DNA of 42,145 nucleotides. Origin: an uncultured Opitutales bacterium. Lineage in GTDB: Bacteria > Verrucomicrobiota > Verrucomicrobiia > Opitutales > UBA9783. How positions within the stretch are numbered: the first letter of the stretch is position 1; each line of letters starts with the position of its first letter. The position numbers and the translations under genes were made by a program. Shown here piece after piece: positions 26,449 through 35,872 of this stretch. Location of the stretch: the NCBI GenBank assembly GCA_944389435.1, contig CALXMI010000037.1, forward strand, positions 1-42,145. The letters run 5' to 3'. A model generated the notes under the pieces. It was not told the origin of the DNA. It searched no databases and saw only the letters and a program-made list of their open reading frames with translations.

Positions 26449-28228
26449 CAACAATTTATACATACTGAAACAAATACATATTGCAAGCCGCGGAAGAATA
26501 TTTTTTGAACTTTCGAGTATTATACTAAACACCGTTTCAAATATACTACTTGATGTTTATATGTTCAAATATATTATTAATGGTATTCAAAAGGGCTTAG
26601 ATTTTAAAAGACTTGTCGGTTTTATCCTGATTATTACGGCGTTTCATATTTTCACCGCTACCGTTGTCGACTATTTTTGGGAAAAATTCGCACCTGTCTC
26701 GAATCAAAAAATATATAGCCATATTCAAAAAAACTTGTTCGAAAAGGCCTCGTCTGTCGAGTTTGCCTGCTTTGAAGACCCTGACTTTTACGATAAATAT
26801 GTTAAAGCAATAAGCGAAGCATACAATAGAACCAATGAGGTTCTAAGGTCGTTGTGCGACATTGTATATTTTATTTTTAACGCTTTTGCTACCTCGTTTA
26901 TCATATTTACAATTGATCCCGTGCTGATAGTATTCGCGCTGATACCCTTTATTGTAAGTATTCTGTTCGGGAAAAGGCTTAACAAAGTGCGATACAATTA
27001 CACTATGGAAATGCAGGAAAAATCCAGAAAACGCGACTATGTAAAAAGGGTGTTTTACCTTGCCGACTACGCAAAGGAAATGCGGCTCACGAATATAAAC
27101 AGGGTTATGTTCAAAAAATTTTACGAGGCGATAAAGGAGCTTAAGGGGGTTATTAAAAAGCACGGGCTTAAGGTTGCGTTATTGGATTATTTGTTCATAG
27201 CGGTTAATGATATTATCGTTTACCTCGGCGCTATTCTATATTCCGCCTATAAAACCCTTGTTTCAAAAACAATGCTTTACGGCGACTGCGTGGTTGTTAT
27301 AAACGGAATAAACAATGTCGCGTGGTCACTGCGCAATATGGCTGATGTTTTTATTCAGTTTCAGAATCACTCGCTTTATATCGACAATCTGCGCTATTTC
27401 CTTGAATACAAGCCCGCAATTTATGAAAACAGGGAGGGACTCGACCCGCCCGATACCTGCGCGCTCACCCTTAAAAACGTAAGCTTTAAATACGCAGGTC
27501 AGGAAGATTATTCCCTTAAAAATATTAATTTCACAATAAAGCAGGGCGAAAAAATCGCCTTGGTCGGTCACAACGGCGCGGGTAAAACCACCCTTGTTAA
27601 GCTGTTAATGCGGCTTTACGATGTGACCGAGGGCGAGATACAGCTAAACGGCAGACCGATAAAGGAATACAAGCTTAAAGGCTACCGTAATCTGTTCTCG
27701 GTTGTGTTTCAGGATTTCAAGGTCTTCGCCGTATCGGTTTTGGAAAATATTTTGCTTAAAGCAGATATTACTAAGGAAGAAAAAAATCGCGCGGTAAGCG
27801 GTATGAAGGACGCGGGTATTTATGACAAGGTAATGTCCCTTGAAAAGGGCTATGAAACCGTGCTTACAAAGGAATTTGACGAAAACGGAGCGGTGCTTTC
27901 GGGCGGAGAGACCCAGAAAATCGCTATATCAAGGGTGTTTGCAAGGGACTGCCCCATCGCGATTTTAGACGAGCCTTCAAGTGCGCTTGACCCGCTGGCG
28001 GAGTACGCCATGTACGAGGCTATGATGAATGCGTGCAGGGACAAGGCGGTAATCTTTATTTCCCACAGGCTTTCCTCCGCGGTTTTGGCGGACAGGGTTT
28101 ACCTTATGGAAAAGGGAGAAATAATTGAAAGCGGCACCCACCGAGAGCTGCTCGAAAAGGGCGGCAAATACGCCGATATGTGGAGCAAGCAGGCGGAAAA
28201 ATACCGTAAAAAGGAGGAAGATGTATGA
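26417..28228 (+). CDS. ABC exporter subunit 1 (TMD plus NBD)
   Basis: GHNGAGKT, LSGGE, LDEP, SHRLS. Confidence 0.93.
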   Translation: MKKKTKHSTLSNNLYILKQIHIASRGRIFFELSSIILNTVSNILLDVYMFKYIINGIQKGLDFKRLVGFILIITAFHIFTATVVDYFWEKFAPVSNQKIYSHIQKNLFEKASSVEFACFEDPDFYDKYVKAISEAYNRTNEVLRSLCDIVYFIFNAFATSFIIFTIDPVLIVFALIPFIVSILFGKRLNKVRYNYTMEMQEKSRKRDYVKRVFYLADYAKEMRLTNINRVMFKKFYEAIKELKGVIKKHGLKVALLDYLFIAVNDIIVYLGAILYSAYKTLVSKTMLYGDCVVVINGINNVAWSLRNMADVFIQFQNHSLYIDNLRYFLEYKPAIYENREGLDPPDTCALTLKNVSFKYAGQEDYSLKNINFTIKQGEKIALVGHNGAGKTTLVKLLMRLYDVTEGEIQLNGRPIKEYKLKGYRNLFSVVFQDFKVFAVSVLENILLKADITKEEKNRAVSGMKDAGIYDKVMSLEKGYETVLTKEFDENGAVLSGGETQKIAISRVFARDCPIAILDEPSSALDPLAEYAMYEAMMNACRDKAVIFISHRLSSAVLADRVYLMEKGEIIESGTHRELLEKGGKYADMWSKQAEKYRKKEEDV

Positions 28229-30000
28229 AAGAAAAGGGCAGCGTACTGTTTATGATTAAGCAAGCCGTAAAATATGTTCCCTCCTTCTGTCTCTTTACAG
28301 TTGCGGAGGGTGTTGTTTGGGGCTGTATACACTCCTTTACAAGTACGCTCTTTATAAAGGCGCTGTTTGACAGAATAGAAAGCGGCGTCCCCTATTCTGA
28401 AATACTCCTGCTTGTCCTTGCTATGGCGGTTTTTCTTATTTCAGCCTACATATTCCACGAATGGTACTGGCAGTTTATAGAGCCGAAAGCGCGGCAGGAG
28501 CTGCACAAAAAAATGCAGGAGCAGCTATACAAAAAAGCGGCTTCCATAGACCTTGCCTGCTATGACCGCCCCGACTTTTACAACGACTTTGTCTGGGCGA
28601 TTAACGAGGCGGACTCAAGAACAATCGCAATATGTGAGGACATAGGCAAAATAATAAACCGCCTTATCACATCGGCGGTTATAATAGGCGTTTTATTCAC
28701 GATAGATTTGTGGATTGTGGCGGCGGTGCTTTTTTCGGTTGTCTTCAGCGTAGTTTTGCAAAGACTTATTACAAAAATTTATTTTAAGCGCGACAACGAG
28801 CTTAAACCCTTTCAACGCAGGGCTGAATATATAAGCAGGGTTCACTATCTTGCGGACTATGCAAAGGAAATCCGAATGAGCGAAGCCGAGGACTTACTCT
28901 TAAAGAATTTTGACACGGCTGTAGGAAGCAATATTTCAATAACCAAGTCCTACGGCAATAAGCTGTTTTTTCTGAATCTTACAAGAACCACCTTTACCGC
29001 CGTAATGTTTGACGCGGTTATTACAATACTGCTACTTTATAAGATGATGATAGAAAAATCCGTAACTCTCGGCGGATTTGCCGCCACATTCAGCGCTATG
29101 TGGAAGCTTTTTTGGACGCTTAATAATCTTATGGATTATTTTGCAAAATTCAAGGAGCATAAGCTTTATGCTAACAAGTTCAGGGTGTTTCTTAATTACG
29201 AGCCAACCGTGTGCGATAAGGAGGGTTGTACCGAATTAACCGCCCCGTTTAAGACCCTTGAGCTTAAAAATGTCTCCTTTGCCTACCCTGAAGCCGAAAA
29301 AAACATAATAAACGGCATAAATATGACCGTAAAGGCGGGGCAAAAAATCGCCCTTGTTGGCTACAACGGTGCGGGCAAATCAACCCTTGTAAAACTGCTT
29401 TTAAGACTATATGATGTTTCAGGCGGCGATATTTTTATAAACGGCAAGAGCATTAAGGATTACACCCTTTGCTCCTACCGAAACAAATTCGGTACCGTTT
29501 TTCAGGATTTTCAGCTCTACGCCGCCGATATTGCCGAAAACGTCCTTACCGACGAATATTCCGAAGAAGACCAGTCCCGCGTACTTGAAGCCCTTAAAAA
29601 CAGCGGATTTGAAGAAAGGCTTTCTTCCCTTAAGGAGGGTATTCACACACCGCTTACAAAGGAATTTGACCAAAGCGGAATTAACCTTTCGGGCGGCGAG
29701 GCGCAAAAAGTCGCAATATCAAGGGTGTTTGCAAAGGACTGCGAGATAGTTATTTTAGACGAGCCCTCAAGCGCACTCGACCCTATGACCGAATACGAAT
29801 TAAACAATACTCTGATGACCGCCCTTGACAAAACGGTTATAATAATTTCCCACCGCCTTTCTACGACCCGTATGGCGGACGTTATCTATATGCTTGAAAA
29901 CGGCGAGATTATTGAACAGGGCAGTCACGACGAGCTTATGCAAACGGGCGGCAAATACGCCGAAATGTTTTTAAAGCAGGCGGAAAAATATAATTTTTAG
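28225..30000 (+). CDS. ABC exporter subunit 2 (TMD plus NBD)
   Basis: GYNGAGKS, LSGGE, LDEP, SHRLST; ATGA overlap suggests a heterodimer. Confidence 0.93.
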   Translation: MKEKGSVLFMIKQAVKYVPSFCLFTVAEGVVWGCIHSFTSTLFIKALFDRIESGVPYSEILLLVLAMAVFLISAYIFHEWYWQFIEPKARQELHKKMQEQLYKKAASIDLACYDRPDFYNDFVWAINEADSRTIAICEDIGKIINRLITSAVIIGVLFTIDLWIVAAVLFSVVFSVVLQRLITKIYFKRDNELKPFQRRAEYISRVHYLADYAKEIRMSEAEDLLLKNFDTAVGSNISITKSYGNKLFFLNLTRTTFTAVMFDAVITILLLYKMMIEKSVTLGGFAATFSAMWKLFWTLNNLMDYFAKFKEHKLYANKFRVFLNYEPTVCDKEGCTELTAPFKTLELKNVSFAYPEAEKNIINGINMTVKAGQKIALVGYNGAGKSTLVKLLLRLYDVSGGDIFINGKSIKDYTLCSYRNKFGTVFQDFQLYAADIAENVLTDEYSEEDQSRVLEALKNSGFEERLSSLKEGIHTPLTKEFDQSGINLSGGEAQKVAISRVFAKDCEIVILDEPSSALDPMTEYELNNTLMTALDKTVIIISHRLSTTRMADVIYMLENGEIIEQGSHDELMQTGGKYAEMFLKQAEKYNF

Positions 30001-30013
30001 GAAGTGTACGAAT

Positions 30014-31201
30014 ATGGACAAGGAAAAAATTTTAGAAGTATTAGGAAATATCATTGATATAAATAAAGAACAGCTTTTAAAAACTTCAGTTGATACGAAA
30101 CTGACCGATTTGGGGCTTACTTCAATTCAATTCATTCAATTTATTGTGGCTATTGAGGAAGAATTTGAAATTGAAATTTTAGACAGCGATCTTATAATGA
30201 CAAATTTCGAAACGGTAGAAATGCTTTTCAGTACATTAGAAAAGTATTTCACCCCCAAAAGCACTTTAAAAAAAGTACTTATTTGTGATTGCGATAATGT
30301 ATTATGGTACGGCATTTCAGGCGAAGAAGAAATATACATAGATGCTATAATCCTGAAATTTCAAGAAACCTTAATAGAATTATACAACCGCGGAATACTT
30401 ATATGCCTTTGCAGTAAAAATGAGCCGGAAAATATAGAAACGGTATTTAACTCTCTTGAAATGCCGCTGAAAAAGAATCATATCTTAATATCAAAAATAA
30501 ATTTGACGGATAAAGCCACAAACATAAAAGAAATTGCTCTTGAATTAAATCTTTCTGCCGATAGCTTCGTTTTTGTTGACGACAGCAAATATGAGCTTGA
30601 CCTTGTATCTTCTATAATTCCCGATATTACAACCGTCCTTGCGGATTATTCTAATTGCGATTTTATAGAAAAAATCAAAGGATTTTTTGACGGGAGTTCT
30701 ACAGATATTAACCGTACACAACAGTACAGAGATCAAAAAGAACGTGAAAAAGAAAAGCAGCGTTATGCAAGCGCTGAAGAATTTAATGCATCGCTCAAGA
30801 CCGAGATAAAATGTGAAACGGCGTCACCTGCTCAAGCAGCACGAATATCTGAATTATCACAGCGAACCAATCAATTTAATCTTTCCGATGTAAGATATAC
30901 CGAAGAGGAAATTAATTATTTTATCAGGGATGAAGGATATTGCGTGTATGTCCTTTCCGCTTCAGATAAATACGGCGATATGGGATTGGTTGGTGCCGCG
31001 GTGGTACGCAAAACAGAAAATCCTGTCATTATAGGTTTTTTTCTTTCTTGTCGGGTCTTCGGAAGAGGTTTTGAAGAACATTTTCTAAATCAAATCAAAA
31101 GCAATTTTGCTGTTCCAATGTATGGTATTTATAAAAGAACAGATAAAAACAAGAGGTTTGAAGATTTTTACTCTAAAAATGGAGTTGAAATATATGAATA
31201 A
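30014..31201 (+). CDS. Acyl carrier protein fused to an FkbH-like HAD-IIIC glyceryl transferase/phosphatase
   Basis: ACP: LTDLGLTSIQFIQFIVAIEEEFEIEI. FkbH: DCDNVLW, SKN, FVDDS, QRTNQFN, DKYGDMGLVG, LSCRVFGRG. Confidence 0.87.
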   Translation: MDKEKILEVLGNIIDINKEQLLKTSVDTKLTDLGLTSIQFIQFIVAIEEEFEIEILDSDLIMTNFETVEMLFSTLEKYFTPKSTLKKVLICDCDNVLWYGISGEEEIYIDAIILKFQETLIELYNRGILICLCSKNEPENIETVFNSLEMPLKKNHILISKINLTDKATNIKEIALELNLSADSFVFVDDSKYELDLVSSIIPDITTVLADYSNCDFIEKIKGFFDGSSTDINRTQQYRDQKEREKEKQRYASAEEFNASLKTEIKCETASPAQAARISELSQRTNQFNLSDVRYTEEEINYFIRDEGYCVYVLSASDKYGDMGLVGAAVVRKTENPVIIGFFLSCRVFGRGFEEHFLNQIKSNFAVPMYGIYKRTDKNKRFEDFYSKNGVEIYE

Positions 31202-32247
31202 ATATATCGAAGCCGTTCGCGATTTAGCAAACGAAAAACAAACAAGCTTTGATATTTCTGAAATATTATACAATCATGGTTGTATCTATCTTCTTTCAAA
31301 AATAAAGGGCAAGAATAAATATACAGATAGATTAAAAGCAGAGAATTTATTAAATAAAATATGTATTAACGAAAGATATAAAACCTGTTCTGCAGTCTTC
31401 CGCGAATTTAAAGAAAACAATATCTCCTATGCCGTAATAAAGGGCGCTGTATTATCTGCTGCGGCATATAATAATCCGTTTTGTCGACAATCAGGAGACA
31501 TAGATATACTTATCAACCGAAAGGATATTGATAAAATAAAAGAAATAATGCTTCGAAACGGCTTTGTCCAAGGAAAAATTACCGAAAATGGAGTTGAGCC
31601 TTTCTCTCGCAAGGAAATATTATTCCAGACCGCTATGTCTCACCAAACTGCTCCCTTTGTTAAAAAAAACAAACAATAAAATATGTCCATATATTAATGT
31701 TGATCTTAATTTTGATATAATGTGGGGTGAAAGTGAAACAAAGGCAGATATGGAATTTGTTCTTCAAAACACTATGGAAACGGCAATACTGGGCGTGATA
31801 TTTAATAAGCTCTCTCCGGAAATGGAATTCATATCGCTTTGCCTGCACCACTATAAAGACTTAAATTCCATTTATTTGCTATATGAGCGTGGATTAACAT
31901 TAAGCCATTTCTGCGACATATATTTTTTCATTAAGAATTGTAACATAGATTCAGAAGCTCTTTATAATTATTGTTTAAAATTGAATGTCGGCAAATATGT
32001 TTACTATTGCTTATACTACACCAATCTTATATTTGACGATGAAATCATAAAAAAATATATGTTATTATTGCATTCAACTGAATCAGATGCAATTCTTAAT
32101 TCCTTCGGCCTTTCCGATAAAGAACGGCAAAGCTGGGATATTGACTTTTTTACAAGGCTGTTTGATTCAAATATTAGTCAATATTTGGAAAATTCACTTT
32201 CTGAATCTGATTTGAAGAAAATAATTATAAATCAACAGCTTATGTAG
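31194..32247 (+). pseudogene. Nucleotidyltransferase family protein (NTP_transf_5-like), split by a frameshift at the A8 run 31662-31669
   Basis: IKGAVLS..AY...RQSGDIDILI in the first frame, VDLNF...LCLHH in the second; removing one A gives continuous APFVKKTNNKICPYINVDLNF. Confidence 0.8.
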
Positions 32248-32270
32248 CAATCACTTAGGATGTGTAAATA

Positions 32271-35200
32271 TTGAAAAAGTTTATTACAGTACTAATAATA
32301 ATTCTATCATCTATTTGTATATTTGCAACATTGACCAAGAGTACTTCTTTTAATATTGAACCCACAAATTTAAGATTTAGAAATGATTATTCTTCTATGT
32401 ACGATCAGTTTCCTCCTAACCATGTTAAAATAATAAAATTGGAAATAATAGTTCATTTAAATAATACTGCTATTGATATTTCAGGAGAGTATATCAAGAA
32501 TCAAACTGATTCTAATACCAAGAAAAGAATTGATGATTACATTGATTCATACTATATTCCTTTTGCTAATTATGATAATACAATCCTTTGTTTTTCCGAA
32601 CGCACTTTATATATAATAACCGCAAATAATTACGAATCAATTAACACATTTGAATTTATATATAATGATAATAGTTTGAGAATATATGACGAATTTGGTC
32701 ATTGTGATGTTTATAACTGTACATTCAAATACAACGATGAGGATTTTTTCTCTAATAACAGTCAAATCTCCAATAATATTAATGATGGCACCAATACCTC
32801 AACCGGAGAACTGAAACCTCAAGCAATACAGGAATCAGAATCTAAATTCATTTCATTTTTAAAAAATATTATTATTCCATGGCTTTGGGAAATAATATGT
32901 GCCGTGCTTTTTAGCATTTTAATTTGTGTTTTCATTTTCAGCAGAATGTCTTTTATCTTATATCGCAAATATAAAAAGAATTTAAAAACAAGCATCTTCC
33001 CACGAGAGCATACATGGTTTGGTAATAATACGCCCACTGAAATTTATATATCAACTAAAGTATTTATCGGTGATACATGTCAAGAATACGGCTTACTGGA
33101 GTATTTTTCTTCAGCTATTATGCAAGATGTATCAAAATATGTAATTCTCGGCAATGCAGGAGAAGGTAAAACATTTTCACTTTCAAGATTGATATTAGCC
33201 TTGTTGGATTGTTTTTCAATAGATAAAAATAATAAAAACGCTCGTAAAAAAATCAAAAAACTAATTCCTGTATTATTAAATTTTTCGCAATTGAGCGATT
33301 GTAAAAGCAACGATGACTTAATTAATGTGATATATAAAAACATTTCAGATTCAGTCAAGCTTAAAAGCAATATCATAAATAAGATTATATATTTCCGTTA
33401 TAAATCAAAAATGATTAATACTATAGAGCATTACTTAAATTTAGGCAGATTTATTCTTTTAATTGATGGATATGATGAAATAGCCAATACAGAAGATCGA
33501 CTTCATACCTCTAAAATGCTTATGGATTTTATGAATGAATTTGAAAAGTGTAACTTTATTATGACATCAAGAACACAAATTTACGAAAAAGAAAAATTCC
33601 TAAATATACCACCAGAAAATACATTATATCTCTCACCGCTAACAAAAGAACAAATACATAAATTTGTTTCAAAATGGAATTTTCCGAACGGAAAATCTTC
33701 TTCTGATTTATTTCAAAGAATCGTTAATACCAAACAATTAGAGGGAATAATTACTAATCCGTTGTTGCTGACAATGGTTACTCATACATATAGTAATTCA
33801 AATATTTCAACTTTCAATAGTAAAACCGAGTTATATAAAAGCTGTTGTAATTGTTTATTGTCCGAATGGGAAAACAATAAAGTATTTTTCAAAAGAATTA
33901 TAAGATATAATACTATAAAAAATCCAAATATGAAAATAGAATTATTATCCTCGCTTGCATATGAACTGTATTTATCAAATTCTCCAAGTCTTGAAGAGGA
34001 AAGAGTCCTTCAAATTTGGGCTAATCATCCGAAAGAAAATTCCTATTTTCACGGTCAAACTCAAAATGTGTTAGATGATATAATTAACCAAAGCAGTATT
34101 CTTGAGCGTACAAACGACAGCATTAGATTTCGTCATAAATCTTTTTATGAATATTTTATTGCATTATATTTCTCACAAAACAATTATGACATAAAAAAAT
34201 TGTATGAAAATATATTGAGTAATTTAAACATTTTATTCTTTTACTTCTCATTAGTACCGGACGAAAAAATTGTTACAGATTTTATATTGAATAATTCCGA
34301 ATATAAAAAATTAATATGCGATATTATTCTTGAAAGACATATAAAATATAATACTGTCATTGAAAACATAGTAGATCCAATTATCGACAAAACTTCTTTT
34401 ATCAATTTAACGGATGTTCAGACATTAGGGTACATTGCTAAACAATATCCCGTGGTCGCACAAAAAATAGAAGATGTATTGTTAAAAAAGCTTTCATCTA
34501 CTAATAATAAAACCGAAAGAATCAATGTCCTTATCGGTCTTTTGATTTTTTGCAACAAAGAACTTTTATCTTCAATATTTGATAAGTATATATCAAAAAT
34601 CGATATAGAGTACCTTGTGGAATATTCAGGAGAAAGCATTAATGATTTCGCATGTTTAATTGTACAACTGTTAGAGGATAATGATCACAAGATTAACTTT
34701 ATTGAAAGTTTGGCGAAATCGTTTAGGTTTGATGCAATTTACAATATTTATAATAACAGTTCAAACGAAATAAAAGATTTTGCAGTAATTGGATTATTAT
34801 ACATGGGAAAAGAACCGGAATTGCTAAATTGGTTGTATACAAAAAAATTTGCTGACAGCATTACTCCAGATGAACAAAACAAAGTTAATAATATTAAAGA
34901 AAATTATGGTTGGGAAAACGATAGACTAAGTGATGAAGCACTTACAAATCTTTACACCCTAACTTATTTAAGTTCGCAAGTAATTCTAAACGGATTTCGT
35001 CCCAATATGGAATTAGTTGAAAACAAGTTGGCTTTTTTACTGTGTTTATTAATCAGCGATTCAAAAGGGAAATTGTACTATGAATTATTGAATATTGATA
35101 ACTTATATATTAAATCGTATGTAGAACTGACTTATCATTGGAATCTGATAAAAAGAAGTAAAAAGAAAAGCAATTTTTTAAGAAAAGGAATTATAGACAC

Positions 35201-35669
35201 TGTTAGTATTAATAGAATAATAATCGCATTGGTTCTCTCTTCAATTCTTATACAAATGCTTATTATAGTCATTAACTGCAGTAATTTAAATGAATTATCG
35301 AATGAAGGTTGGATATTTGTTAATATTAATAGCAATTCATTATTTCCTTTTAATACATTATATATATTAATGGTTGGGTTGTTTTTCATGGTTATAAGGA
35401 GTTTTAATGAACTATTAAAAAAATTTGAGTATAACTTTTTTACAATTGCTGCTTCTTTTGCTTTTTCTTTAATAACATTCATATTATTTTGCATCGTAAT
35501 ATATAATATAACTTTCAGATTGTTAACACTATTATCTATGATAATGGTAAGCATTTTAGAAATAATTAAACATAAAAACAATTATCCCTCTTTGAAAGAA
35601 CCTCAATACAGTAAAATAATTAACTTTCTTAATGATGAATATCATTTTAATGACATTCATATAGGATAA
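32271..35669 (+). CDS. Membrane-anchored NACHT/STAND NTPase
   Basis: Walker A GNAGEGKT, Walker B LLIDGYDE, TSR, NPLLL, FRHKSFYEYF; N-terminal signal/TM, second TM before the NTPase, about four C-terminal TMs. Confidence 0.85.
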   Translation: MKKFITVLIIILSSICIFATLTKSTSFNIEPTNLRFRNDYSSMYDQFPPNHVKIIKLEIIVHLNNTAIDISGEYIKNQTDSNTKKRIDDYIDSYYIPFANYDNTILCFSERTLYIITANNYESINTFEFIYNDNSLRIYDEFGHCDVYNCTFKYNDEDFFSNNSQISNNINDGTNTSTGELKPQAIQESESKFISFLKNIIIPWLWEIICAVLFSILICVFIFSRMSFILYRKYKKNLKTSIFPREHTWFGNNTPTEIYISTKVFIGDTCQEYGLLEYFSSAIMQDVSKYVILGNAGEGKTFSLSRLILALLDCFSIDKNNKNARKKIKKLIPVLLNFSQLSDCKSNDDLINVIYKNISDSVKLKSNIINKIIYFRYKSKMINTIEHYLNLGRFILLIDGYDEIANTEDRLHTSKMLMDFMNEFEKCNFIMTSRTQIYEKEKFLNIPPENTLYLSPLTKEQIHKFVSKWNFPNGKSSSDLFQRIVNTKQLEGIITNPLLLTMVTHTYSNSNISTFNSKTELYKSCCNCLLSEWENNKVFFKRIIRYNTIKNPNMKIELLSSLAYELYLSNSPSLEEERVLQIWANHPKENSYFHGQTQNVLDDIINQSSILERTNDSIRFRHKSFYEYFIALYFSQNNYDIKKLYENILSNLNILFFYFSLVPDEKIVTDFILNNSEYKKLICDIILERHIKYNTVIENIVDPIIDKTSFINLTDVQTLGYIAKQYPVVAQKIEDVLLKKLSSTNNKTERINVLIGLLIFCNKELLSSIFDKYISKIDIEYLVEYSGESINDFACLIVQLLEDNDHKINFIESLAKSFRFDAIYNIYNNSSNEIKDFAVIGLLYMGKEPELLNWLYTKKFADSITPDEQNKVNNIKENYGWENDRLSDEALTNLYTLTYLSSQVILNGFRPNMELVENKLAFLLCLLISDSKGKLYYELLNIDNLYIKSYVELTYHWNLIKRSKKKSNFLRKGIIDTVSINRIIIALVLSSILIQMLIIVINCSNLNELSNEGWIFVNINSNSLFPFNTLYILMVGLFFMVIRSFNELLKKFEYNFFTIAASFAFSLITFILFCIVIYNITFRLLTLLSMIMVSILEIIKHKNNYPSLKEPQYSKIINFLNDEYHFNDIHIG

Positions 35670-35748
35670 ACTATAAATTTGATAAGAGGAAAAATTGTGT
35701 TATGGACAATTTCATTCTTGTTGTTGTTGACAGTCAAACAGTAGAAAT

Positions 35749-35780
35749 AATTTGCCGAGATTACTATCTCGGCGAATTTT
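35749..35780. terminator. Probable bidirectional terminator
   Basis: aatttgccgagat/atctcggcgaatt hairpin between convergent genes. Confidence 0.7.
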
Positions 35781-35872
35781 ATACTGTATTAACTTAATTT
35801 TTACTGTTACATTTAAAATTGATTCCAACTGCCCAAAAAGAGCATTTAAGTCAAAAAAATGAAATATAATTA

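Noticed and set aside
35135-35581. Hydrophobic 148-aa minus-strand ORF and other short antisense ORFs in the track
   Set aside because: They are shadows of longer motif-bearing genes on the opposite strand, without RBS or motifs.
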